Positions 1 to 16,237 of a stretch of DNA of 64,000 nucleotides are shown here, in pieces. The notes below the pieces were generated by a model that had not been told where the DNA came from, ran no database searches, and was given only the letters and a program-made list of their open reading frames with translations. The translations under genes were made by a program, and so were the position numbers. The DNA comes from Octopus vulgaris (taxonomy: Eukaryota): contig OX597832.1 of NCBI GenBank assembly GCA_951406725.2, forward strand, positions 17,608,001 through 17,672,000, in the 5' to 3' direction. Position 1 is the first letter of the stretch. Each line of letters starts with the position of its first letter.

Positions 1-105
1 CTTTTGGGGTTGATAAATTAAGAACCAGTTGCGTACTGGGTCCGATCTAATCGACTGGTCCTCTCCCAAAATTTCGGGCCTTGTGCCTAGAGTAGAAAAG
101 AATAT
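1..105 (+). mobile_element. SINE family A, 3' part (tail type 1)
   Basis: Matches body and tail of fuller copies (ggggtcgataaattaagtaccagttgcgtactggggtcgatctaatcgactggcccc...ccttgtgcctagagtagaaaagaata), e.g. 19360-19570 and 8408-8623 (minus). Confidence 0.85.
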
Positions 106-1130
106 TTCTATAATAGTACCCGTTACTGCAAGTGTATAGTGTATACAATATAAATGCCTGTATATTTAGAAATTACAGAGAAATTATCATAAATAAAACA
201 GCAATTAATTTTTATAAAATAAGAAGAGAAGATTTGATAATGCAACCCTTGTGTGTGAAAAGCAGACAAAATGGTTATATCTGACAAGACTTTCATGAAA
301 TTTCTGTTCAATCAACTTTGTCATGAACCTTTTCAGCTATAGCAATAGACGAATATTAAGACGTTATTGACATAAAAATTATAATACATTTTGCCTAGTA
401 TTGTAACAAATATTCTAAACATTATAAATGGTTTAACCAACATTGAAATATAATAGGGTGAACAATATGTGCTTATGCGACAATGGAATTATTCCATTTC
501 CAAGAATATTATAGAACAGATTACCAACAACTGATCAACAATCCTTATGCTTGTTAAAAGAAAGTACAAGAGATTTCTGTTAGTTTATGATGATTTCGGG
601 AGGAAAATATCAAGAAGTAACAAGGCAACAAGACTGCTAGTACGCGATTGCTTAAACGTCGTTATATAGAAACTAAATCTTCCTTAAGTGACATCTATTG
701 TCTTAAAAAATCAATCAGCTGCTAGAATACATCTGCAGAGGAAAAAGGTGGAGAGTTCATTAGTGGAGAATATTTGATCAAAGGTGAGAATACTGAGGGG
801 TGAATGGGGGCGAAATAACTATAGCCGAGGAATGAGATCTTTCTATTCATCTGTGTTTTTTTTATTCTAAAATAATAGAAAGAAACAGAAAGCAGAAAAT
901 ATAATCATTAGTCACATTTAATTAACCGTGGTCCGCCTGTGACAGAAATCATCCGTTGCGTCATCATACGTTCTTTTGCTGTAAGTGTTTACCTACATTT
1001 TAAGCGTTGGTTTGCGATTTGGCTGCTATTGCAAACACATATGAAGGATACATTCCTGTCTCAAAGGTAGACAACAGTCAGAAACAAAAATAAAAAGAAA
1101 CCAAAATAGACATAACAAAATTAATAAGGA

Positions 1131-1342
1131 TTTCGAATTGCAGCACAAGACCAGCAATTTCAAGGAAAGGTGCTAAGACTATTACATCGATCCCAGTGCA
1201 CATCTGATACTTATTTCTTCGACTTCCTGAGGAAGAAAGGCAGAGTCGACCCTGTGAAGGACTTGAACTCAGAACGTAAAGACGGACGAAATGCTACTTA
1301 GCATTTATCCCGGCGTGCTAATGACTCTTTCAACTCGACGCC
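1131..1342 (-). mobile_element. SINE family A, diverged copy
   Basis: Reverse complement of the family A head and body (gaactcagaacgtaaagacggacgaaatg...cggcgtgctaa). Confidence 0.75.
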
Positions 1343-1817
1343 TATATAATAATAGTAATTAATCACATAAGATTAAAGCAGTAATGCGCAATAAACAAGT
1401 GTAAAGTGCAATTATTTCTTAATCCATTCGTAAGTATTTAAACTGTTCAAAGAATACTTGCGATTAATACAAAAGATTTCAAACGACATATGCGTGGACT
1501 TTATCCAAAGAAATGATGCGCCTCTCCCGTTTCATAGAAAAAAAAAAGACTTGAATGCAGTAGCTAAACCTACTAACGAACCTCAAATATTCATGTGGAT
1601 GACCTCTATATCTCTCTTTTTCCATTCCATTGCTAGCTATTAAGAATTTGTTAAAAATTCTGGCGATTAGAGCGAAAACATATACTTATTATATTGGTAT
1701 AATTAAAGGCCATTTTAAAAACAGTTTTTACAATCACAAGTCCCACAAACTGAAAGAGAAAGAGCAAATCTCCAACTTTCATCGTTACATGAAATGCCAT
1801 ACATAACTGAATGTGGT

Positions 1818-1897
1818 TCTATATTTAACAGATGAGGAATTATGTACATTATTTACATTATTTGGATTCGATAATAATAATAATAAAAATGATAATG

Positions 1898-1972
<75 letters not shown>

Positions 1973-2117
1973 TCGAAAAATGCCTTAGGAATGAGAACCC
2001 GGGTTCGAAATTTCCGCAGGACACCTGAAGAAGGCTGGTGGGTATATGAGCAGAAACCTTGTGTTAACAACAAACAAGATGAGGACAAATATCCGTCGAA
2101 TGTAAATAATGTAAATA
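1818..2117 (+). mobile_element. HHR-bearing SINE-like element, 5'-truncated, preceded by an inverted copy of its 3' end
   Basis: 1971-2117 aligns by eye with the copies at 36675-36826 and 62120-62299; 1818-1860 is the reverse complement of the family tail. Confidence 0.75.
2020..2065 (+). ncRNA. Degenerate minimal hammerhead ribozyme motif
   Basis: gacac-CTGAAGA-a-ggctggtgggtatatgagca-GAAAC-ctt-gtgtt; stems II and III are mutated relative to the 36725 and 62170 copies. Confidence 0.45.
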
Positions 2118-2639
2118 GTAGAATTGGATGTGCTTCTTTATTTCTTCTTTAAGTAATCATTCTTCAGAAAGGGAGAGACCCTCCTGAAACTGATATAAAG
2201 TTAAATCAGGCTAGCAGATAGGAAAAACACCGTGTATTAAAAACAATGTGACTTGGAAAAAAACAGGGAAATATTAACCAAACTGGCGTCAAGAAAAGAA
2301 GCACATTTCATCTAGTAAATTACCCATAGTGAGATAAAACTTATTTGAACTAAGGAACGATACAAGAAAAACCAACTGGATGTTAAAAAGAAAATGTCTC
2401 GTAGTAGGAGGCGCCAACGATAAATACGATAGTACTGCAAATATTTCCACATTAATATACAATAAAATAATTTCCTCTTCGGTATGAGATTCGAAATAAT
2501 GAAAAAGTAGTCAAATTCCTCTATAATATAATAAAATATTTAATCAACTGGAGTCATTGTATGTGCGTTACCTTGTTACTGCCATCACTCTCCACACACA
2601 CAAAAGCACACACACATACACACACACATACGTATGCAT

Positions 2640-3114
2640 CTATGTATGAATGCATATATATATATATTGATATATGTTTTGCGTCTCTGAAGATATGTGT
2701 ATATATGTATATGTATATGATTATTGATATGTATATATGTATATGTATATATACATATGTATATATGTATATGATTGTTGATATGTATATATGTATATTT
2801 ATATGTATATATTTATTTGTATATTTATATGTATGTATTTATATGTATATATTTATATGTATCTTTATATGTATATTTATATGTGTATTTATATGTATAT
2901 TTATATGTATATATTTATATGTTTGTGGCTGTGTAGGCTAATATAAGTATATATAAACATATATGCATATAATGGTGTGTTATATGCATATATGTGTATA
3001 TGCGATCATTGATATCAGGACGTCCATGTGAACGTGCGTGTGTATATGCATGTACATGTGTGAGAACGTATGCACATATGGGAGCCTATGTGCATATCTG
3101 TGAGTGCATATAGG

Positions 3115-3154
<40 letters not shown>

Positions 3155-4087
3155 TGTGTGGTGAATGTGAAGAGGTGTAACTATTTCCACTGTAATACAT
3201 ATTCAGTAAAACGCCAACTTACACGCTCTTCCATATATTCTAAGCGTCACTGATTTTCCCCGTTAATTCAACTATTGTGTTCCGTTATATTGAATCTTAT
3301 CAAATATAACTGTAGCATTCTCTCCTCCAGTAATTTACAAATAATTCACTGTTAATCATTGCTCAGATGCATTATTCGCATCCCTAACGCATAGTTATTT
3401 AAACTGAATAGCATAGTTCGACACGAACACATATATGCAGGAACATGTATGTGTGCCATGTATATGCACGTGTGTGTATGGATGTGTGTGCTTGTATTTG
3501 TATATCGTATATACTTCCTTACAAAGATACAAGCCTCTTTCCTGTAGTACATATATGAATGTATATCTATACACACATAATCTATCTCACACACGCGCAT
3601 ACACATATATACACACAAATGTATATCTATACGTGGATATATATGTGTGTGTGTGTCTAGAGAGAGAGAGAGAGAGAGAGAGCGAGAAAGAGATGGATAG
3701 ATAGATAGATAGATAGGTAGATAATCAGAAAGACAGATGTGTGTATATGTACATACATGCACTTTAGCTCGTATTTATATAAAGACATTTCAGTTTTATA
3801 TAAAGAGATAAGCCGTTATATACACTTATTTAGAAATCCATGTTTCTTTGTTAGGTAGACACATAAGTATATAGGTATAGAGGTGGGTATATACATGTAA
3901 ACAAGCACGCACATACACACACAAACATATACACAAACCCCCTCCACACACAACAACACATACGTACACGTACACACACATTTTATATATGTATATATAT
4001 ATAAATTTATATATATATATATATATGCATATATATATATATGTATATATATATATATGTATATATATGTATATATATATATGTATA

Positions 4088-4135
<48 letters not shown>

Positions 4136-4173
4136 TATACATATATATATATATACATATATATATATATGTA

Positions 4174-4233
<60 letters not shown>

Positions 4234-4707
4234 AAGAGAGAGACAGCGAGAATGGATCACTGGATAAATAGATAGATAGATAGATAGATAAAGAGGAAAG
4301 AGAAAGAAGAAGAAGGAACTTCAGGATTATCCGATCCTAATTATTCATCCTTTATCCCAGTTAAGTATATGATCGCCTCGGGTCTGCATGAAATTCGAGT
4401 ATTATTACCGTCGAAGTATTTAAAGAGTACAATTTTAATAATTCCCCCCTTCTCCCGCCATCATACCCGCTATCTATCAATCATCAACCCATCTGTCTGC
4501 TTGTCTATCTATTTTTCTATCTATCACCTCATCAGTCTCTCCTACCCAGTCAGCACCATTTGCTTCTTCCTCTATCTTGCATTATATATAAGTGTGTGTG
4601 TGCGTGTATACCTGAATACACAAACACACACACACATATACATAATATACATATATATATATATACATATATATAAGCATACATATATATATATGTACAT
4701 AGAGGCG

Positions 4708-4739
<32 letters not shown>

Positions 4740-4930
4740 CACACTCACACACACACACACATATATATATACATATAAATATATATAAGCATGCATACTT
4801 ACATATATATATATATATATATATGTACATAGGCACGCACAAACATACATAAACACACACACACACATATATATATATGCACATACAAAACTCAAGAATA
4901 CACTTATATATTCATTATATGTTTCAGCGT
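2640..4930. repeat. (TA)n/(TG)n/(TATG)n/(GA)n microsatellite field
   Basis: Directly visible simple repeats. Confidence 0.95.
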
Positions 4931-5014
4931 TATACATTTTTCGATTAAGAAATCTATCTAATAAAACAAAAAAACTGAGACACTTCTCTCACCATACATC
5001 CCTTTCTCTTTCTT

Positions 5015-5045
<31 letters not shown>

Positions 5046-5772
5046 TTCTTTCTCTCACTCACACACACAAACACACATACATCAACAGAACGACACCAAA
5101 CAGAATATAAAAATAAAAAAATAATTCAATAAATTAAAATAGCGAAACGTAACGAAATGAAACGAAACTTCACGTAATTTAACGTCACGAAGAGTTGAAG
5201 AAAACCATGTTATCAGTCAGGTTTGTAAATTGCCAAACTAACGTCGAATGGGCCTGAAATCTAATGAGAAGGAACTCAGCATTTTGTTAGCCTATTTTTC
5301 ACTCAACGGAATTCTTTTGTTCAACTTGGAGACTGCTTAAAGCGGAAAGCTAGCCTGTAATTCTAACACAATAGCGGAATGAGTCAGCGGGGATGGCAAA
5401 TCGTTGCCAGACGGTGTCAGCATTCTATAGAGATATTGCACGTAACTTTTGCAAGAAACTTGCCCTAAAACCGTATCATACAGGTGGTTGGTTTTCTTGT
5501 AAAGAACACCGCAGCCTTGATACGGTGGCAGAAGCGCATGCTCTACACTCGCAGGCAGTCACATTACGCATTCACAGACACAGAAACAGAATGACACTCA
5601 CACATTGCTACGAAACACACACACATACACACACATATATATAAATGCATGTATGTATGTATGCATATACATACATATATATATATACATATATATATAA
5701 ATATATACACATAGATATGTATGTATATACATATGTATATATACATATATATATATATGTATATACATATAT

Positions 5773-5843
<71 letters not shown>

Positions 5844-6231
5844 TATATACCATGCTTTTATTTATGTCTATATGTATTCTTAGTTTTACATACACGGATA
5901 CACAACTGATAGAAAATGCATGAATTACATCCACCAACGCATTAAGGTATATACAAGCGTACATATTCCTATAATAAGCGTTAAGAGCAGAGGATCTCCG
6001 TCGTTTGCAGATGCGGATTCATTTGCTCGAATAACTGAATCCCCTTCATATTGAATGATTATAAGAGTATTCTACTGACTCGTGTAAACCGAACCGTTTT
6101 CACGGGCTATGAGCGTGACACAGTGTGAGATATAACTGTGAATTTAGAATTTCCAGTACGATCCATTCACGGGCCAATAAACAGCTTCCGGCTACCCAAT
6201 TTCATTATCACTCTATAGGTCGATCAATGGA

Positions 6232-6412
6232 TGTGAGATGGCAGAGTTGTTAGAATGCCGTCAAAATGCTTAGCGGCATTTCTTCCATCTTTACGTTCTC
6301 AGGTTAAATTCCGCGGTGTCAGCTTTGCCTTTCATCTCTTCGGTGTCGATTAACTAAGTACCAGTTGATTATCTCCCTCAAACGAAATTGTTAGCTTTGT
6401 GTGAAACTTTGG
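6232..6412 (+). mobile_element. SINE family A, diverged copy
   Basis: ggcagagttgttagaatgccg...ctttacgttctcaggttaaattccgc...ctttgcctttcatc...gtaccagttg. Confidence 0.7.
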
Positions 6413-6594
6413 GTCGTTCATGGGCTAATAAGTGACATTTGCCGAAGTTGCTTCTCACTGTGATCGAACTCGGCAACTCTTGGTTACGAAGCGTTTTCCT
6501 ATTTATAACGGCTTGCTTTACATGCATGTAGGTAGATGTATATTGCTAGGCATAATTACATACAGATATAAGCAATCATACACACACACATACA

Positions 6595-6644
<50 letters not shown>

Positions 6645-6766
6645 TTGAATATGCGTATAAGTACATACATATAGACACCTATAACATCTCATACGCATAC
6701 ACATCATAGGTACACACACACCTACACGCACACGTATATATGCACTCATATATACATACTTGCATG

Positions 6767-6817
<51 letters not shown>

Positions 6818-7070
6818 TTGCTTTTGAAAACCGGCTTCATAATTTCTGTGCATATACACTTGTGCAGTGATACTGAAAGTGATGGCTCGTGGACCGGTGC
6901 CGGTCCTCGGGACATTAGCTGTCGGTACGCAGCGAGTTTCCAGAAAAGAAAGAAACCTTATAAAATGCATATGTCATATTGTATTATTTTTTTGTTAAAT
7001 AAATATAAGATGAAACAAATTGTGCACTTGTATTTTATTCATTATCTATATTGTTTCCGGTATAAACTGA

Positions 7071-7250
7071 TATTCTTTTCTACTCTAGGAACAAGGCGCG
7101 AAATTTTTGGGAAGGGGGCCAGTCGATTAGATCGACCCCAGAACACAAACGGTACTTAATTTATTGACTCCGAAGGGAGGAAAGGCAAAGTCGACCTCGA
7201 CGTAATTTGAACTAAGAATGTAAAGACAGACGAAATACCTATTTCTTTAC
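7071..7250 (-). mobile_element. SINE family A, body plus tail 1, starting at the recurrent tail2/head junction
   Basis: Minus strand reads gtaaagaaata|ggtatttcgtctgtc...cttgttcctagagtagaaaagaata. Confidence 0.8.
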
Positions 7251-7258
7251 ATACACAC

Positions 7259-7341
<83 letters not shown>

Positions 7342-7344
7342 CTT

Positions 7345-7722
7345 TCATTCTCTTTTACGTGTTTCAGTCATTTGACTGCGGCCATGCTGGAGCACCACCT
7401 TTAGTCGAGCAAATCGATCCCAGGACTTATTCTTTGCAAGCCTATTACTTATTCTATCGTCTTCTTTTGCCGAACCGGTACGTTACGGGGACGTAAACAC
7501 ACCACCATAGGTTATCAGGCGATGTTTGGGGGGACAAACACAAACACACAAACATATACACACACATACATATATATGACGGGCTTCTTTCAGTTTCTGC
7601 CTACCAAATTCACTCACAAAGCTTTGGTCGGCCCGACACTATAGTAGAAGACACTTGCCCGAGGTGCCACGCAGTGCGAATGAATCCGGAACCGTATGGT
7701 TGGTAACCAAGCTACTTACCAC
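7345..7722 (-). mobile_element. SINE family B (tRNA head with CORE-like segment)
   Basis: Minus strand has a tRNA-like head, then gtggcacctcgggcaagtgtcttctactatag and a tail ending ccagcatggccgcagtcaaatgactgaaac. Partial copies at about 16060-16125, 28090-28260 and 40500-40880. Confidence 0.75.
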
Positions 7723-8218
7723 ATGCATAGATATATATACATACACACACCTACATAATACACACATATATATATATGCACACACACACATATACGCATG
7801 GCGTACTCTAACGACTACACGCTCACATAACCACACGTAAACAGAAAGGAACAGAAAATCGGATAAAGAAATATATACGTATCTCTATTTACACACACAC
7901 TTCCTGCTTTGCGATTCAGTCTGAATCTGACCATGTTTTTGAAGAAACATGCTAAAAGCTGAGTCTGTGATTAAAGATATCAGCAACATGGCAGTTTTTA
8001 TGTTCTTCAATAGCTTTTTTCCGTACGACATCAACGAAACTTTGTTGTAATGTTTGCTCTCAACTTTCAAACCGATCGGGACAAGAGGGACTCATTTATG
8101 AAGTAGTTGTGAAAATACAGTATGAACTTTTATAAAAGAAAATGCAACTTTAAAAATGCAAACATCTTTATGTACATTTGTTTACACTCTATAGATATGT
8201 ATATATGTGTTTATTTAA

Positions 8219-8267
<49 letters not shown>

Positions 8268-8407
8268 TAAATTAGAGACAAAACCACTATTAGGCAAATC
8301 ATACAATGAAAAACTTAAGCCATTACATTACTATATATATATATATAGACATACATACGTATATACATACATACATTCTGTATGTATGTATGAAATTCTG
8401 TAAAGAA

Positions 8408-8623
8408 TATTCTTTTCTACTCTAGGCACAAGACCCGTGATTTTTGAAGAGGAGGGCCAGTCGATTAGATCGACCTAGCACGTAACAAATATTTAATTTA
8501 TCGATACAGAAAGGATGAAAGGCGAAGTCGACCTCGGCGGAATTTGAACTCAGAACATTACGACAGACGAAATATCGCTGAGCATTTCGCCCGGCGTGCT
8601 ACCGATTCTGCCATCTCGCCGCC
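8408..8623 (-). mobile_element. SINE family A, full-length monomer (tail 1)
   Basis: Head ggcggcgagatggcagaatcggtagcacgccgggcgaaatg, B-box-like gagttcaaattcc, central domain and tail 1. Confidence 0.9.
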
Positions 8624-8726
8624 TTAATTAGATTCAATATAATAGTAGAGAATTACAATTTTAATCCTTCCGAGAGGCTTCTAAAGTACGACTACGTCCA
8701 GTCACTATACAACACACTCCCTTCCT

Positions 8727-8815
<89 letters not shown>

Positions 8816-10241
8816 TTTGTGTGTGTGTGTGTATGTATTATATATATACCATATATATACATATATATATAAACATATATAATGTATATAATGTATATAT
8901 ATATGTGTGCGTGTGTGTGTATGTATGTAGGTATGTATGTGTGCATATTGTGCACTTATGATTGTGTTTTTAGAAAGACATATATGCATATAAATGCACA
9001 CATATATATTCAGATATATAAGAATATATTTATATACGTGTGTAGGTTTTGATGTTTACGGCTATGTATGTATGTATGTATGTATGACTGTATATATCTA
9101 TGTAGTCAAGTGAGACCCTCATCTGATTGTCCTACGAATTTCAAGTCTCCAATTTCCGTCTGATATATGGTGGAGGAAATACTTATTAAAAAGAAATATT
9201 TTACACAACAATCACTTCTCTTCAATCTGTTATTGCCAAAATTTGTCCCCTATTGTGGAGAAATGTTGAAACTCTTTAAAATTCCCTTTATATTTTTTAT
9301 GTCCAGCTTTTCTGCTCAAGTAGTAACTTCCGGTGTTTCTTCCTTCCGACAAAGCATTAAGTGATCATCAGTTTTTGGTTTGTTTCGGAGGATATCAAAC
9401 ACATTTGATATAAAATTGGATAAATTTCTTGTGTTGGTAATTTATTCTCTGTTCATTCTCTCTTCCTAGCATTACATATATTGAGAACGGAAAGCAACCA
9501 CGGGATTGCTTTAATATGTTGCCAAACCAGACAGAAATAAGGGCGTATTGAAATATAACGTCCTGACAGCAGGTCGTCTACAAAATCGTCTGCAACAAGA
9601 CGTTTATCTCAGTAACGTCTTCCATCATAAGTTTGCTCATTTACGCTCTGATCCGCTGCAGATTGAATAAAAAGTGGTTAATATTAAGATTATTGGAGGT
9701 CAACACTGCCTTCTATGGAATAAGTACCAGTTGAGCCACCCCAACTTGCCGGACTTGTGTCAAAAATATGAAACGAATGTCAAAAATGTCTCTTTACTTG
9801 GACTTTTGACTCAGTATTTCAAAACGTCATATAAGTTTCCTTTTTATTCATATATTTAATGTTACATGAGTTGTTTTATATGCCGTGGTATCAAATATCT
9901 TGCTTAGATGAACTGTCTCTCATATTATATATATATATATATATGTATGTATATATATATATATAATGCATGTATATAAATTAGAGAAGAACCACCATGT
10001 AAAGTTTCCTTACATATCTTCCTTGTTCCAAGTAAATTGAATTATTATTGGAGATACTGATTGATCGGCGATAGTGGTGGATCGGCGACAGTGAACTCTG
10101 TGAAAAAGACGAAAAAGAATATATTAAATAATACACAATATGAATTCGGAATTTATTGAAACTACCTACGTTCCAGGGAGAGGGTACCGATCTCAATCTT
10201 ACCCTCGCATTTACATATATATATATAAATATTATATTAAA

Positions 10242-10627
10242 TCTCTCTCTATATAAACGGCAGTTTGTCTGTGCGTGTTTCTGTGTGTCTGTTTGCTTGT
10301 ACCCTCACCCTGACCACGGCTTTCAACCGATTCTGATGAAACTTGACACACACATAGCCCAATGTCATAATTCAAAACTAACGCAGCGAAAATTTTGAAA
10401 AGTTCCCCCAGTTCTGAAAAAAAATCGATAAATTCGACATGGGGTCGAGAATCAGGAACACAAACCACAAACTGTGTAGGGGACGCAACTCCACCTTTTC
10501 TAACTATCAAAAAAAAATTTAGCATAATTTTTTTCCATTTTTTTGCTATTTTTTGGCTATAACTCTCTAAAAATGCTTTATAGTTATTTCCCTTACAAAC
10601 CTGAGCAACGCCGGGCGATACTGCTAG
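10242..10627 (+). mobile_element. Non-autonomous Helitron
   Basis: 5' TC, subterminal hairpin cctgagcaacgccggg, 3' CTAG, inserted between A and T with no TSD. The empty site attatattaaa|ttagaga is present at 8261-8278. Confidence 0.85.
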
Positions 10628-10628
10628 T

Positions 10629-10757
10629 TAGAGATAAAACCACTATTAGGCAAATCAAACAATGAAAATCATAAGCCAATACAATATAAATTAATTAATT
10701 TTACGTATTGGCTTATGTTTTTCATTGTTTGATTTGCCTAATAGTGGTTTTATCTCT
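10629..10757. repeat. Palindromic (foldback) repeat with ~53-bp arms
   Basis: agagataaaaccactattaggcaaatcaaacaatgaaaatcataagccaatac pairs with 10705-10757; a single arm also occurs at about 8271-8325. Confidence 0.85.
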
Positions 10758-10848
10758 TATTTAATATAATATAATATAATATATTTATACTATAAAATTG
10801 GATTTAATCCTAAATCTGATTTTTCCCTGTAATTTTGGATTTATTCCC

Positions 10849-10944
<96 letters not shown>

Positions 10945-11949
10945 AGTAGATAGAGAGAAACAAACAGATAGATAGACGGATATACAAACATATTTTGCAT
11001 GTGCTTCTCTCTTTATGCTTCTATATATATGCGTATGAATGTGTTTAAAAGTAAAATGAGCAGGACCATTCCAGAAATGGAAATACTTTAAAAAGTTCTT
11101 TTTAAGAATCTTCATTTACAACTGGGGCCAATTGCTAAAAATATGATAATGTTCGGTAGAGAAACTTCTCCGTCAGCTGCGATTCGTGGTGAGGTTGTCA
11201 CAAAATACCGCTAAGATCCGATGATTCTATCGTTTTTAGTTCATAATCTATTTCTTCTATCGACAACAGCTACTGGCTCTCAGAGTTGTCACAGAGTTCA
11301 CTATCACCAATAAATCACTATCGCCGATCAACCACTATCGCCGATCAATCACTATCTCCAATAATAATTCAATTTACTTGGAATAAGAACATAATGTAAT
11401 GAAACTTTACGTATGCAATTTTAAGAATATGTATAAATTTAGACTCAAATCGAATAAAGACAAAACGAAAAAAGATGTAGCACGGAATTTGTAAGTGAAC
11501 ACGTCGCGGTTTCAAAGCGACGAAAATATTTTAACAAGTTAAGATCGATCAAATATTTTACCAAACAGAGGTCGATCGTATCGACTAGCCCCACCTCGCA
11601 AAATTTCAGGACTTGTGCCTACAGCAGAAAAAACTATTGATTTCTAATCTTGGCACAAAGTGAGCAGGTTCGTAGGAAGTGGTAAGAGGACTATAGGGCC
11701 ATCAGTGCACTGCTGAGTCTTATATTATCGACCCCGAAGTGATGAAAGACAAATTCGACTTCGGCAGGATTTGAACTGTGCATTTTGCCCAGCCTGTGAA
11801 GGATTTTGTTAGCTTTCCGCTCTTTTAAAATAAAACATATTAATCTCTATTACGGCATTCAGTATTCTTTTTTAGTCAGATAGTCAGCACTAAGAGCACG
11901 CGCATTTACACACATTTACACACATTTACGCACACTTTTACACACATTT

Positions 11950-12019
<70 letters not shown>

Positions 12020-12076
12020 GTGTATATAGATATATGAATATATATATATGCATCCATACATGTATATGTCTCAATA

Positions 12077-12112
<36 letters not shown>

Positions 12113-12131
12113 TCCATACGTGTATATGTCT

Positions 12132-12246
<115 letters not shown>

Positions 12247-13794
12247 GTATTATAATATATAGATTTATATATTATATATTATATATATTATAACATATAC
12301 ATATTTATAATCACACGTACATATATACTCCTACATTCTTATACACATATATATACTTGTATATAAATATATATATATACGCACATGCACACGCACATCT
12401 CTCACACACACATAAACAGTTACACACACATGCACACATGCACACACGTACAAACAACTATGAATGGATCTAGGTTTAATCAGTATAAATTATCTCGGTG
12501 CGATGAATCCCCATTTATAGAAGGGTTTAATATACAGAATTCTAGCCCAGTTCCTGCTTTCTATTTTAAGACTTCCTAATCTCAATGAAATTACCAGCAT
12601 CTTGTAGAACGGTCGTAATCTTCTATTTCTGTGGCTCATCTTCTCTTGAAGAACATCCGTTGTGCGGACGTCTTTCCTTATCTGAAATTGTCTTCACCAC
12701 AATTTGATGTCTTGACTTTGGTGAACATGTGACCAGACATGAATACGTACTGACTGGATGTATGTACGCAATTGTGTGTGTGAGTGTATGCGTATAAACA
12801 TGACTCAGAATAGTAATAAATGTATATATGTATTCATATGATTCCAGAAACACACATGCATTCACGCAAATTCAGACTCACACACATACACGCACATACA
12901 CACACACACATACATACACACACAAAATACACACAATATCATATAAACATAGATACATGCATCATTATATACATATATCTTAAGTAAATGTGAGGTAAAT
13001 ATTTTCATATATGCATGTATTTGTGTGTATATGTATAGTATACATATGTGTGTAAGCATGTGTGTGTGTGAGTGTGTGTGTACATAATGTATATACGTAT
13101 ATATATGCATACATACATACACACACTCACACACACACACACATATATATATATATGTATGTATATACATACGTACTGACTCGATGGATATATATATGCA
13201 TGCATACATACATACACACACATATATATATATATACACATATATATATACATTCATAAATACATAAGTAGATAGATATATAGATTTATTAAACGAATGA
13301 TACATAGATACATTCATATATATATATGCGTGTCTTTAGTTACGATTACGCATATGCACATATACACACACACGGAGGAACACACACACAGAGGCACACA
13401 CGCACACACACAGAATCACACAAGAAATTCACTCTAAGTTTCACTTTTAGTACAAACAAACAACAGGTAGTACAAGCCTCATGTACTAATGTGTAAGAGA
13501 CACCAACCTCGGCTATTCTGCATGATTTACAAGTACGAAGTAATAAACCTAAACTTAGGATTGTCTACGTTCATACAAGTACAATTATAGAAGTGCAATG
13601 TAGTTTAGCCTTTATCGGAAATTTATTTGCTAAAATATTCTGATCAAATTACTTGGAAAAATCGATAATTAATAACTATTCAGACATCTTGACATTGGCA
13701 ACTCTTTCCTTCTTTAGGAAAAAAAATATAAAAGAATCTTGTTATTATTGTTGATGATATCATTGGCAACGATGATAATGATGGTGGTGATATA

Positions 13795-14495
<701 letters not shown>

Positions 14496-14498
14496 ATA

Positions 14499-14640
14499 CT
14501 TTCTTTATTGGCCACTAGGGCCGAACGCAATGCATAGAGGACTATACACAGACAAGGTACAGTGAGATAAAACGCATAAACAGCCAACAAACACAACGAT
14601 TAACAAAAAGATTAAATTGGCAATATGCTTCCCCAAAAGG
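14499..14640 (-). mobile_element. 3' end of a Tx1/L1-like LINE
   Basis: Minus strand ends cggccctagtggccaataaagaaag then (TTA)n, similar to the plus-strand end at 15753-15780. Confidence 0.5.
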
Positions 14641-14660
14641 GGTGAGTTTCACTGTAAGGT

Positions 14661-15780
<1,120 letters not shown>

Positions 15781-16237
15781 TTATTATTATAATTATTATC
15801 ATTATTATTATTATTATCATTATTATTATTATTATTATCTTCATTAACATCTTCTTTCAATCCTGTTTCCATACCTTGCCGAGTGTTTTCCTGACACCCA
15901 GGGCAGAGAAACGTACTGTATACTTTTGGTAGGCCATTAAAACAAACACACCATATTGTTCATTAACAGAGGCATATAATAGAGAAAAAGGGTAAGTCAG
16001 AGAGAAAAAGGAAAAAAAATACAAAAGAAAAAAAGACAAAAAATAGGCGCAGGGGTTGCTCTAGGTGCAGGAGTATTTGTGTAGTAAGAAGCTTGCTTGC
16101 CAACCACATGATTCTGGGTTCAGCCTATGCACTTATTTCAAATTACGTGTAAGTCAGAATTACATTTCGAATGTTTGGTGTAGTAACCTAATTTTTCTCG
16201 TAATCGAGTGTAAGCTAGTGATAGAGCAGAATCATTC

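Larger units (their letters stand above)
9999..11410. mobile_element. Composite region bounded by ~105-120 bp imperfect inverted repeats (putative TIR element with nested insertions)
   Basis: 9999-10103 is the reverse complement of 11289-11410 (ttccaagtaaattgaattattattggagat...gatcggcgatagtgg). Confidence 0.55.

Noticed and set aside
9200-9440. Possible Penelope RT-linker remnant on the minus strand (also 200-580)
   Set aside because: Only faint similarity (FDILRNKP...KL) with many stops; cannot be supported without a profile search.
10330-10345. CTGATGA inside the Helitron
   Set aside because: No stem II between CTGATGA and a GAAA, so not a hammerhead.
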